The notes: generated from the sequence alone by a model not told the origin. A stretch of 64,000 nt of DNA from Burkholderiales bacterium (GCA_035602335.1 DATNMK010000084.1:42318-106317), one strand, 5' to 3'. Counted from the first letter of the stretch, positions 20,490 to 27,985 are shown. Made by a program: numbers and translations.

Positions 20490-21134
20490 TCATTGGCTAC
20501 GAAGTAGCGTTTGCACGTAAGCGATCGAGGCGCGCGGGCCGACCGATCGCACCGTGATGCGGTAATGCGTTTGCGGCGGCGTGGTGAAGAAATTCGGCGC
20601 GCTCTGGTCGACGCCCTCGCCGCTGATCGCCGTGCTCGTGAGCGTCTGACCGCAAATATTCGTTACGCCGCCACAGGTGGCGTTCGGCGCGCAATTGGCG
20701 ACCGGGCACAGGCGGTGAATGACGTACGACACCGTATTTCTTCCGCAGTCCTGCCCAACGAGACCCATTGCGGGACACGTAAGCGGGACCGCAAAGGCGT
20801 TCAACCAGCTGGCGGAGTTGGTGTACCAGTCCGGTGCCTCGCCTGCGGGAACACTCGAAGAATAGCCATTGGCCGCGCTGTCGGTGTTGATTCCTGCCGT
20901 GGCGACAGTCGTGCCAAGCCATGTATAAGCACTCTGCACGCCTTGGTCAGCGGCATTGACCGCCGATTGCCGGAAACCAATGTTGCCGGCTACTAAGGTC
21001 GCGGTGTCGACCGAGCGCATCATGGCGACCGCGGCAAGCGTCATCGCGACCAGTACGATCAGCGAAATGAACAGCATCACTCCGCGCTGCTGGCGGCGCG
21101 ACGCGCTGCAGGGATGGAGCGCGGCAGGTGTCAT
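20490..21134 (-). CDS. pilX: Type IV pilus minor pilin/assembly protein PilX
   Basis: MTPAALHPCSASRRQQRGVMLFISLIVLVAMTLAAVAMMRSV (PilX N-terminal hydrophobic segment). Start trimmed to ATG 21134, 1 nt after the pilW stop. Confidence 0.75.
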   Translation of the reverse strand: MTPAALHPCSASRRQQRGVMLFISLIVLVAMTLAAVAMMRSVDTATLVAGNIGFRQSAVNAADQGVQSAYTWLGTTVATAGINTDSAANGYSSSVPAGEAPDWYTNSASWLNAFAVPLTCPAMGLVGQDCGRNTVSYVIHRLCPVANCAPNATCGGVTNICGQTLTSTAISGEGVDQSAPNFFTTPPQTHYRITVRSVGPRASIAYVQTLLRSQ

Positions 21135-21135
21135 A

Positions 21136-22347
21136 TCAGCTCGATTTCCAGATCCAATTGCGCAGCGGCACCGTGGTTTCGAACACTCGGTAGCGATAGC
21201 ACCGCCAGTTTGCGTCCGCTGACAGGTTGAAGGACCGGTTGGTCCCGGTGTCGCCTGACCAAGTAGGAAAGGCCGTGGTCGTATCGCAGGGCGCGCCGGC
21301 GCCCGCTGCGGGTTTCTCCGCCAGGGCGCTGCGCGCCACGACAGCAACCCGAATCGCGATGACCTGCGACCAGTTCGGCACCGCGGAAATGAAGCGATCG
21401 ACGATGCCGTCGCCTGCGGCGTACACCGTGTTGTAGGTCACCGAGCCATCGTTGACGCCGTCGTCCACGCCGTAGTCGGCGCGCATGTGGACGACGTTGT
21501 CCGCGATTGAATTTACCGCTGGCACGCCGGCGGAGATGACGAAGGCGTTGGAGACAGTGAGCGTGTTATTCGCCAGGGCGTAAGTGTTGTACACCGGCAC
21601 CGTGACGTTCTGCGAAGCCGCGAAGTTGATGCCATCGTTGAGATTGCCCAGGTTGAACAACCGCGTCACGTTGGCCGTATTAGCGCCGCCGTAGGTTACG
21701 CCCATCCCTCCCGCGGGATTGAACCGGGCAGCGACCGAAGCGCCGCCGGCGAGCGTGTAGGCTCCGGAGTCATGATTCACCTGGTTGCTCGGTGTCGCGG
21801 GAAGGGAGGTCACTTCCATGAAGACGCAGTTCTTCCCGCTCCCCGGCTCGAGCAGGAGCAGCAGGTCGCCGGCGCGGACGCCAAAGCGCGTCTGCACTGT
21901 GAGAGGCGAGGTCGCCGAAGTCATATTGGCGACCAGCGTGGTCGAATTTGCGATCTGGTTTTGCGAGCCATAAAGGACAGTAAGCTGGTCAGGGAGCGTC
22001 GGAGTGCCGCTCGGGGTGATCACCACCGGCGCAACAATCATGGGATTCCCGACAGGAGGGAAATTGGGGGTCGAGCGCGCCGAGTCGTAGCCGACAATAT
22101 TGCAGCCGGCATAGAGGGTGTCGTTGATCCCCATGCCGGCGTTGCGCAAGTCGTACTGCATGGCGTAGAGGGCGATGGCGCCGTTTTGCTGCGCGTCGCC
22201 GCCGCTGGTCGTAGTGCGCCGCACGCCCTCCGATGCTTCGAATATCTGAAAGATGATGATTACGCCGATCAGGCTGATCAACATGGCGACCATCAGCTCC
22301 ACCATGCTGAAGCCGGCGGCGGCGCTGCGTATAGTTATGGCGCGCAT
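21136..22347 (-). CDS. pilW: Type IV pilus minor pilin PilW
   Basis: MRAITIRSAAAGFSMVELMVAMLISLIGVIIIFQIF, a prepilin cleavage/methylation motif G|FSMVE. Start trimmed to 22347. Confidence 0.8.
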   Translation of the reverse strand: MRAITIRSAAAGFSMVELMVAMLISLIGVIIIFQIFEASEGVRRTTTSGGDAQQNGAIALYAMQYDLRNAGMGINDTLYAGCNIVGYDSARSTPNFPPVGNPMIVAPVVITPSGTPTLPDQLTVLYGSQNQIANSTTLVANMTSATSPLTVQTRFGVRAGDLLLLLEPGSGKNCVFMEVTSLPATPSNQVNHDSGAYTLAGGASVAARFNPAGGMGVTYGGANTANVTRLFNLGNLNDGINFAASQNVTVPVYNTYALANNTLTVSNAFVISAGVPAVNSIADNVVHMRADYGVDDGVNDGSVTYNTVYAAGDGIVDRFISAVPNWSQVIAIRVAVVARSALAEKPAAGAGAPCDTTTAFPTWSGDTGTNRSFNLSADANWRCYRYRVFETTVPLRNWIWKSS

Positions 22348-22349
22348 GA

Positions 22350-22796
22350 TCAGCTCGTGTAGACCGAAGCGATGAGTATGTAGTTGTGCGGCGGCAGCCC
22401 TTGGGAAGCTTCTTCCGGCAGCTGCCAGCGCACCTGGATCTGCACGGTTGCACCCGAAGCGCTCGCGCCGGTGATGGTGACAATTGGCGGCACCGTCGTT
22501 GCGGCGGGAAGCTTGTTTACCTGGGTGACCCAGTCTGTCAGCCGGGTCGGAACTGCGCCGCTGCCCGGATATGCATACGACGCGATGTTTCCGGCATCCG
22601 TCCACATCTGCGACAGCAGCCGGTTGGCAAGGAACGCCGCCTCCGTCCGGTACTTGGACTCTGTGACGTTCTTGATCGTAACGGCCTGCAAGCCGACGAC
22701 GGCCAGGATGCCGATCGAGAAGATCAGAATGGCGATGAGCGCTTCGAGGAGCATCACACCGTCTTCGCGCTTCGGCGCCTGAGGAGGAATTCGCAT
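22350..22796 (-). CDS. pilV: Type IV pilus minor pilin PilV
   Basis: MRIPPQAPKREDG|VMLLEALIAILIFSIGILAV prepilin-type N-terminus. Alternative ATG at 22817 (MLKNGAL...). Confidence 0.75.
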   Translation of the reverse strand: MRIPPQAPKREDGVMLLEALIAILIFSIGILAVVGLQAVTIKNVTESKYRTEAAFLANRLLSQMWTDAGNIASYAYPGSGAVPTRLTDWVTQVNKLPAATTVPPIVTITGASASGATVQIQVRWQLPEEASQGLPPHNYILIASVYTS

Positions 22797-22810
22797 GAGG
22801 GCTCCGTTTT

Positions 22811-23344
22811 TCAGCATGCCCGCGGGTCCGGTGCAACGACGATGGGATCGCACATCTTCAGGCTGCCACCGCCGGAGACGACTACTCTCAGACAGCGCAT
22901 CGGGCCGCCGGGCTGACAGCTGCCTCCGCCCGGGTTGCTGAAGTCGAACTGCGTCGCCGTGGCGGAGGCGTCGGGATTGGCGACGATGCTGCCTAAGGGC
23001 GAAAACGTTACCGTTGTCGCCGCAGCGGGCGTTATGGCTACTGCGGCATTTGGCGATCCTTCCTCGTGCGCGCGCGACTGGACCAGCACGCCCGTTCCGA
23101 CTTCGCTCACCGTCCAGCCCGTACCGGGTCCCGAGACGAACTGCACGAGGACGTTGCGGCGGATGGCGGCACCGCGCGCCGACTGCAGGCCGTTGAGGTT
23201 GGCCTCGCTCGCTGCCCGCAACTGCTGGTTCTGCAGCCATTCCGCGAAGGACGGCAGCGCCATCATCAGTATGATGCCGAGCACGGTGAGCGAGATCATG
23301 ACCTCGACCAAGGTAAAGCCGTGCTGCGCTCGACGCTTCAGCAT
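22811..23344 (-). CDS. fimT: GspH/FimT-family minor pilin
   Basis: MLKRRAQHG|FTLVEVMISLTVLGIILMMALPSFAEWLQNQQLRAASEANLNGLQSAR. Confidence 0.75.
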   Translation of the reverse strand: MLKRRAQHGFTLVEVMISLTVLGIILMMALPSFAEWLQNQQLRAASEANLNGLQSARGAAIRRNVLVQFVSGPGTGWTVSEVGTGVLVQSRAHEEGSPNAAVAITPAAATTVTFSPLGSIVANPDASATATQFDFSNPGGGSCQPGGPMRCLRVVVSGGGSLKMCDPIVVAPDPRAC

Positions 23345-23781
23345 GACCCGGACTTCTTCAGCACCCAGCAGGTCGTGGCCGGAAGGTTCCAGCCGGCCGG
23401 CACCGTCGCCGTAGTGCGTGCGTTTGCCTCGTTGATCTCAAAGCGAAAGCCGGCCATGCTTTGATCATCGCCGGCGATGCCGCCATCGGCGCGGATGATG
23501 TATTGCGTCGCCGTGAGCGTCGGACAGGAGACGGTGAAGTATTTGAGGCCTGCCGGCAGCGGCGCTACGGTGCCCGCTGCGCACGCGCCGATATAGGTTC
23601 GGCTGTCCTGGAAGTACTGCTCGACCTTGGTCCGCATCGCCAGCAAGCTCGACGTCGCCTCCTGGATCTTGCTGCGGGTGATGTAGTCGGTATAGGAAGG
23701 GACGGCAATGGCCGCGAGAATCGCCACTATCGCGACCGTGATCATCACTTCGATGAGGGTAAACCCCCTTGCGCTGCGCAT
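23338..23781 (-). CDS. pilE: PilE-like type IV pilin, first gene of the operon
   Basis: MRSARG|FTLIEVMITVAIVAILAAIAVPSYTDYITRSKIQEATSSL. GGGAGG SD upstream. Confidence 0.8.
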   Translation of the reverse strand: MRSARGFTLIEVMITVAIVAILAAIAVPSYTDYITRSKIQEATSSLLAMRTKVEQYFQDSRTYIGACAAGTVAPLPAGLKYFTVSCPTLTATQYIIRADGGIAGDDQSMAGFRFEINEANARTTATVPAGWNLPATTCWVLKKSGSC

Positions 23782-23935
23782 GAAGCCTCCCTTCTGGTAG
23801 TCGCCATGCTACGGATGCATGGTCTCAGCCGGCAAAACCCGGCGACAGGCGGCTGGAATCGCCGACTGGCGGCGCGGAGCAGCGCAACATACGTGATGTA
23901 CTTCACGACCCGCCGGGTTGCGGGAGGGCGTGTCG

Positions 23936-23941
23936 TATAAT
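23936..23941 (+). promoter_or_regulatory. Perfect TATAAT -10 hexamer upstream of the split tRNA-Thr (ancestral tRNA promoter?)
   Basis: gtcgTATAATgcg lies 25 nt upstream of the tRNA 5' end at 23966. No good -35 was found. Confidence 0.35.
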
Positions 23942-23965
23942 GCGCGGCTCGCGGGGCACCGGACC

Positions 23966-24005
23966 GCTGGTGTAGCTCAGCTGGTAGAGCAACTGATTCG
24001 TAATC
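23966..24005 (+). pseudogene. 5' half of a disrupted tRNA-Thr(CGU) gene
   Basis: GCTGGTG-TA-GCTC-AGCTGGTA-GAGC-A-ACTGA-TTCGTAA-TC, then unrelated sequence (CGCAGTCAACCCCCC). Confidence 0.85.
23995..24005 (+). repeat. Left copy of the 11-bp direct repeat GATTCGTAATC (island junction)
   Basis: Identical 11-mer at 28856-28866. Spans the anticodon loop of the split tRNA. Confidence 0.8.
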
Positions 24006-24045
24006 CGCAGTCAACCCCCCGTGCTTTTCAGCCAGTCCAACGAGG

Positions 24046-24074
24046 TTGCAGCGTTCGGCGGTGCGGCGGAAAAT
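24046..24074 (+). promoter_or_regulatory. Candidate sigma70 promoter for the island-borne tRNA-Thr
   Basis: TTGCAG-17 nt-GAAAAT. The -10 ends 12 nt before the tRNA 5' end at 24087. Confidence 0.35.
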
Positions 24075-24086
24075 CCCTTCGGAATT

Positions 24087-24162
24087 GCTGGCGTAGCTCA
24101 GTTGGTAGAGCAGTCGCTTCGTAAGCGTCAGGTCGCGTGTTCGAGTCACGCCGCCAGCACCA
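24087..24162 (+). tRNA. tRNA-Thr (anticodon CGU), complete, 76 nt with encoded CCA
   Basis: GCTGGCG-TA-GCTC-AGTTGGTA-GAGC-A-GTCGC-TTCGTAA-GCGTC-AGGTC-GCGTG-TTCGAGT-CACGC-CGCCAGC-ACCA. One U28-U42 mismatch in the anticodon stem. Confidence 0.9.
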
Positions 24163-24172
24163 AAACCGAACG

Positions 24173-24194
24173 TAGGTAACAGCCTAGGTAACAG
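24173..24194 (+). repeat. Tandem TAGGTAACAG-cc-TAGGTAACAG motif just inside the left island end
   Basis: Two exact 10-mers separated by 2 nt. A 9/10 copy (TAGGTAGCAG) lies 10 nt inside the right junction. Confidence 0.5.
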
Positions 24195-24230
24195 ATCAAA
24201 TTGAAGGCGCTCGCGGTACAGCGTCCGTCG

Positions 24231-25187
24231 TCAGCGCTTTATTGGGCCTCGTCCTAGGGCAGCCTCAATTCGGTTCTGGAGTCGCTTCGCCAGGTCGGCG
24301 TATTCGCCCGGTTTCCAGATAAGGAAGTTGTATTGCCGGGTGTCGAAGTGAACGTCTTTTAGCTGATCCTCGCGACACAGCCAGATCACGCGCAGGCCAA
24401 GGCCGAGCGCAAAGCCGGCTTCGAAGTACACGCCTCCGCGTTGCCCGGTGAAATCTGCGACCACGAACCGGCTGCGCCGGATCATGGCCACGATCTCATC
24501 GTCAATACGATTGACATGCTCATGTTGATCGATCCGCTTCGGCTCGTATCCTGCGGCGTGGATTGCCGGCTCGATTGCGTCAGTCCATAGCGGCCTCACG
24601 TCATCGGCAAACCACATCGCACAAAAGCCGATCGGGCTTTCGGGATTTCCTTCGCGCAATTCCTCGAGGAGCTCATGGCCGCGGGGGGTGACGCGACCGC
24701 CTATTAGGAAGGCCCCTCCACTAATAGCGGCACTGGTTTGGCCGTCAATTGCACCAATGGCGCCGAGTAAATAGTCGATCAAGAGATACTGGACTTCGTT
24801 TATAGACTCTGACCACGTTACGGCAATCCAGCCGGGGTCTGTTGTACCCACGTCTGGAAAGTGAAATTCGAATGTTTCGCCAGCCCTAGGATGTTGGCGC
24901 GCAAGCTCCTGGAGCAGCTTTGTAGCCCGCTCTGCAACGGGCGGGGTGCGCAGTTGCCACAACCTTTCTAGGTCGCGTGAATCTAGTTTGATGCCTTGGT
25001 TTTCTCGAATCCAAGCGCTGACGTTGGCGATGGCTCGAGGGTCAGCATTCGTAGCCTTAGCAACTGCCCCTGCTGTCCCGGTGAGACTGAATTTTCCGCA
25101 ACGGCGACAGGTGTAGGCCGTTGTATCTGGATGATCCGTGGATTGCATTCCATCGAATCCGCAAATAGGGCATGACAGGTCACTCAT
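24231..25187 (-). CDS. Island gene A: Zn-ribbon + central domain + C-terminal TIR/nucleoside-2-deoxyribosyltransferase-like domain (candidate effector)
   Basis: N-terminus CPICGFDG...CRRCG. C-terminus IGFCAMWFADDVRPLWTDAIEPAIHAAGYEPKRIDQ...RSRFVVADFTGQRGGVYFEAGFALGLGLRVIWL, the fviADlT..nVyyElGyA..lGk.vi pattern of the TIR/NDT Rossmannoid clan with a conserved Glu. Confidence 0.6.
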   Translation of the reverse strand: MSDLSCPICGFDGMQSTDHPDTTAYTCRRCGKFSLTGTAGAVAKATNADPRAIANVSAWIRENQGIKLDSRDLERLWQLRTPPVAERATKLLQELARQHPRAGETFEFHFPDVGTTDPGWIAVTWSESINEVQYLLIDYLLGAIGAIDGQTSAAISGGAFLIGGRVTPRGHELLEELREGNPESPIGFCAMWFADDVRPLWTDAIEPAIHAAGYEPKRIDQHEHVNRIDDEIVAMIRRSRFVVADFTGQRGGVYFEAGFALGLGLRVIWLCREDQLKDVHFDTRQYNFLIWKPGEYADLAKRLQNRIEAALGRGPIKR

Positions 25188-25237
25188 ACTGCGCAGCCGC
25201 TTTCATAGCCCACCATCCCTCCATCTTTGCTGTCTCA

Positions 25238-25726
25238 TCATTCCATGTAAGTAGCTACAAAAGCCTTGTATTCGTCCTCTGACTTACAAATGCGCTCATT
25301 CGCGGACGAGGGAGTCAGCTTGCAAGTTATCGGCGGTACCTCCCAGTATTTCTTAACCTTGTCCGCTATCCACATATATTCGGCGTACCCCCTCTGCTCG
25401 AACGCATCGAATAGGTACTTGGTGTTGGCAAGCGTGCCGGTGCCCATATCGGTGGTTTCCACAGTCATAAAGCATTTGTTCTGTTTCGCGCTGTAGTGAC
25501 TTTGGAGTGACGCGAAGATCTTGCTTCTCGGATCATTCAGCTTGTAACCCAACTGGCCAAATATCTTCTCTGCCTGTAGCGCACACTTTTGCTGCTGTTC
25601 TAGCCCCTCACGGGCAGCCTTGTCGTTTAGTTTCGAAGTTAGTTCGGCAATCTCACTACGCTGTGCATTCAGAAACCACGAAAGAACCAAGACGATCGCC
25701 GCCAAGATAGCAATAGAAGCCTTCAT
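25238..25726 (-). CDS. Island gene B: N-terminally anchored exported protein with coiled-coil and 4 Cys, unknown function
   Basis: MKASIAILAAIVLVLSWFLNAQ TM/signal anchor. Strong SD GGGGGGAGGGG. Start trimmed from the track ORF to ATG 25726. Confidence 0.55.
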   Translation of the reverse strand: MKASIAILAAIVLVLSWFLNAQRSEIAELTSKLNDKAAREGLEQQQKCALQAEKIFGQLGYKLNDPRSKIFASLQSHYSAKQNKCFMTVETTDMGTGTLANTKYLFDAFEQRGYAEYMWIADKVKKYWEVPPITCKLTPSSANERICKSEDEYKAFVATYME

Positions 25727-25883
25727 GCCCCTCCCCCCTTTTTCTACTGCCTTCGGCGCCATTCCTAAGGCGCCACCGGCTTCGGATCCGCCCATAGCCC
25801 GCGCACCTGCGGCCGTCGATATCGACTGCAATACTGATCCGCCGACGCCCCGACTCCTCCAAAGGGCCTCTCCTGTTTCGAAT

Positions 25884-26153
25884 TCACTTCCCTAGCATGA
25901 CTCCCAAGACTATAAAAATGATGAACCAGGCGAACAGCGAAAAGATTGCACCGCCGAAACTTTGTCCCGTAGAGCAATCCATTTCAAAAAACGTGGCGAT
26001 GATTGGGATCTCTTGTAGCGTCCCGACTATCAGGTTGGCGGGTAAGAGCCAAATTTGTTTGGCTATTAGGAATACGTCGGAGATAGTAAAAACCCCATCT
26101 CCATTCATATCGGCCGCGAAGTGGAACCGGCGGCAATACTCGTACATTGGCAT
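25884..26153 (-). CDS. Island gene C: 89-aa membrane protein with a canonical EF-hand Ca2+-binding loop
   Basis: DMNGDGVFTISD fits the DxNxDGxxTxxD pattern. It is followed by two hydrophobic segments (VFLIAKQIWLLPANLIVGTL and GGAIFSLFAWFIIFIVLGVMLG). GGGGAGA SD 6 nt upstream. Confidence 0.6.
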   Translation of the reverse strand: MPMYEYCRRFHFAADMNGDGVFTISDVFLIAKQIWLLPANLIVGTLQEIPIIATFFEMDCSTGQSFGGAIFSLFAWFIIFIVLGVMLGK

Positions 26154-26222
26154 GTAAGTCTCCCCGCATAAACGCTACGCCGCGAAACCGCTTCGTGCCC
26201 TTAGATCACTCGTTGCCCACTG

Positions 26223-26681
26223 CTACAACTTGAACCCTTCAGCACGCAGAACCTCAACGAATGATGCAACACGAATGCCGCGGGCCCGGCAAACGTTCGG
26301 AATCTTTGGGGTCTTCGCCTTGCCCATCGTTTCGTACGTGACAACGGGAACACCGCTGATCTCGGCGAGCGCGACAACAAATGGATCGGCCCCTGATCTA
26401 GTCGACTTTGGATCGATGAAACCAGCGTGCGCAATGATTATGTCCTTCGACTTCTGTAACAGCGCGCGGTCAGTGTCGACAAAGAAGTTGTCCAACGCCT
26501 TTGCCCACTTGCACAGGTTGTCACTCTGCCGTTCAAGCTCAATGCGAACATCGACTGGCGCCGCTATCGTGCCGCTTTCCGCCAACTCCTTTAGTTTGTC
26601 CCAAAGCGGTTCGAACATCTCTGGTGGATAGTGCCGGACCCAAGGTTCGATTAGCGCGCTGGTGTCAAAGCACCATCTCAC
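26223..26681 (-). CDS. Island gene D: DUF4411-family PIN-like nuclease-fold protein
   Basis: (GTG) RWCFDTSALIEPWVRHYPPEMFEPLWDKL...GADPFVVALAE...VVTYE...KIPNVCRARGIRV matches my recollection of the DUF4411 consensus. GGGAGG SD. GTGA overlap with gene E. Confidence 0.8.
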   Translation of the reverse strand: MRWCFDTSALIEPWVRHYPPEMFEPLWDKLKELAESGTIAAPVDVRIELERQSDNLCKWAKALDNFFVDTDRALLQKSKDIIIAHAGFIDPKSTRSGADPFVVALAEISGVPVVTYETMGKAKTPKIPNVCRARGIRVASFVEVLRAEGFKL

Positions 26682-27895
26682 GCCGCCTCCCGGTGCTTGA
26701 GCACGTCGACGATCTTGGGTAAATGGTCGATCTTCGTCCCTAGGATGCGCGACAACTCAGAACCGGTGATAACGGCCGAGTCATACGCATCAACGACAAG
26801 CCTAGTAAGAAACCGACCGTTCGCCAGGACGACGCGGCGAGGGAAACTTGCGAAGCCGGCGCTAGAGTCCCCTTCGTCGCCAGCGTGTTCCCGCCTATAT
26901 TCCTCCCGCATCCGCTGGTAGAACGCCTGCGAAGTTTTTCCGGCCATGAGTAGACGCCGAAGGATGGCCTCGCGGCTCGCCCAAAATGTTCTTCGCAGCG
27001 TCGCCAAGGTATCGGCACCCCATTCAGCAGCGCGAGCGTTTGCAACAGCAGGATGTTGCAGCAAATGATCGAAAGGAAGCAGGATCGCGCCAGCGACGTG
27101 ATTGCAATAGGTTTCGATTGACTGTTCCCTGTCACCGCGCGGTGCCTCGTCTCGCACGTCGCATAGGCTGCTTTCGGCGCGAGCAAGGTGCGCGAGTTCG
27201 TGCAACAGAGTGAATACCCTTCCAAGGGGCCGATCAGTGCTGTTTAGGATGACGACCGGCAGTGGGAAGAGTGCGAGCGAGCACCCGCGCATTTCGCTAA
27301 CTTCGACGCCACTAATCTGCATGACGAGGACGCCAAGCGACTCGACGGCGGCTTTCCATGCGTTCAAAGCGTCATAGTCGTTCGCCCATGCTCGGCGATC
27401 GTTCATCGTAATGCCGAGTTTTTGTGTCAGATGCTCGGCCATTGGTTCGGGCTGAAGCATTCCAGCCAACCCAAGGTCAAAGGCGGGGGGTTCCTCCTCC
27501 AACTGCGCGTAGATACCGAGCGCGGCGTCCCGTTTGGCTTCAGCCTCGCGGATACCGTTCGCAAGGTCACTACTCACGAGATGTTCCGTACTGAGTTCAA
27601 ACCTGCGGAAGTCGGCGGGTTGTTCCGTAGCAGCCGGTGGCGCTTCGAGGAAGAACACACCGATAGAGCGCTTGTAGATTTTCGCGAGCTGGCGCAACTG
27701 CGCCAGTGCAGGAACCTGCTCGCCGGCCTCCCAAGCACGGATTCTCGCCTCTGGTTTGTTCATTTTCTTGGCAGCGGCAGGCACGTCCAATCGCGACGTT
27801 TCCCGCGCCCATTTCAGCAGGTCGCGGCTAACCAAACCATCGAGCGATGGGCCCGCCATAGGATGAGCAGATAACCGTCTAAAGCGCCGTTTCAT
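26678..27895 (-). CDS. Island gene E: XRE-family HTH fused to ImmA/IrrE (M78, DUF955) Zn-metalloprotease
   Basis: HTH region LLKWARETSRLDVPAAAKKMNKPEARIRAWEAGEQVPALAQLRQLAKIY. HEXXH motif in FTLLHELAHLA. Alternative ATG at 27859. Confidence 0.85.
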   Translation of the reverse strand: MKRRFRRLSAHPMAGPSLDGLVSRDLLKWARETSRLDVPAAAKKMNKPEARIRAWEAGEQVPALAQLRQLAKIYKRSIGVFFLEAPPAATEQPADFRRFELSTEHLVSSDLANGIREAEAKRDAALGIYAQLEEEPPAFDLGLAGMLQPEPMAEHLTQKLGITMNDRRAWANDYDALNAWKAAVESLGVLVMQISGVEVSEMRGCSLALFPLPVVILNSTDRPLGRVFTLLHELAHLARAESSLCDVRDEAPRGDREQSIETYCNHVAGAILLPFDHLLQHPAVANARAAEWGADTLATLRRTFWASREAILRRLLMAGKTSQAFYQRMREEYRREHAGDEGDSSAGFASFPRRVVLANGRFLTRLVVDAYDSAVITGSELSRILGTKIDHLPKIVDVLKHREAA

Positions 27896-27939
27896 TGAAG
27901 GCTACACCATTTCCCGACCCGCCCGTTTCGCGCGGCCGA

Positions 27940-27969
27940 TGGACAATTCGCAACTATGCGCGGCATACT
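27940..27969 (+). promoter_or_regulatory. Candidate sigma70 promoter of gene F
   Basis: TGGACA-18 nt-CATACT. The -10 is the left arm of the SOS box. The predicted TSS is only about 8 nt before the ATG, giving a near-leaderless transcript with no SD. Confidence 0.4.
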
Positions 27970-27985
27970 GTTCAGATATACAGTA
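27966..27985. promoter_or_regulatory. LexA (SOS) box, CTGT-N8-ACAG type
   Basis: TACTGTTCAGATATACAGTA versus the E. coli-type consensus TACTGTATATATATACAGTA: both 6-nt arms are perfect, 17/20 overall. Part of the 8+8 inverted repeat CATACTGT..ACAGTATG, which ends in the gene F ATG. Confidence 0.7.

Noticed and set aside
23815-23832. Sigma54-like element CCGGCT-N5-CATGCAT (GG-N10-GC spacing correct) about 35 nt upstream of the pilE-like gene.
   Set aside because: Only the minimal GG/GC core and TGCA match. Such matches are frequent by chance in GC-rich DNA, so it is not reported as a feature.
25897-26157. 86-aa plus-strand ORF overlapping island gene C.
   Set aside because: The minus-strand frame has a proper SD, an EF-hand loop and TM helices. 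The plus-strand product has no features and is antisense to the surrounding gene string.
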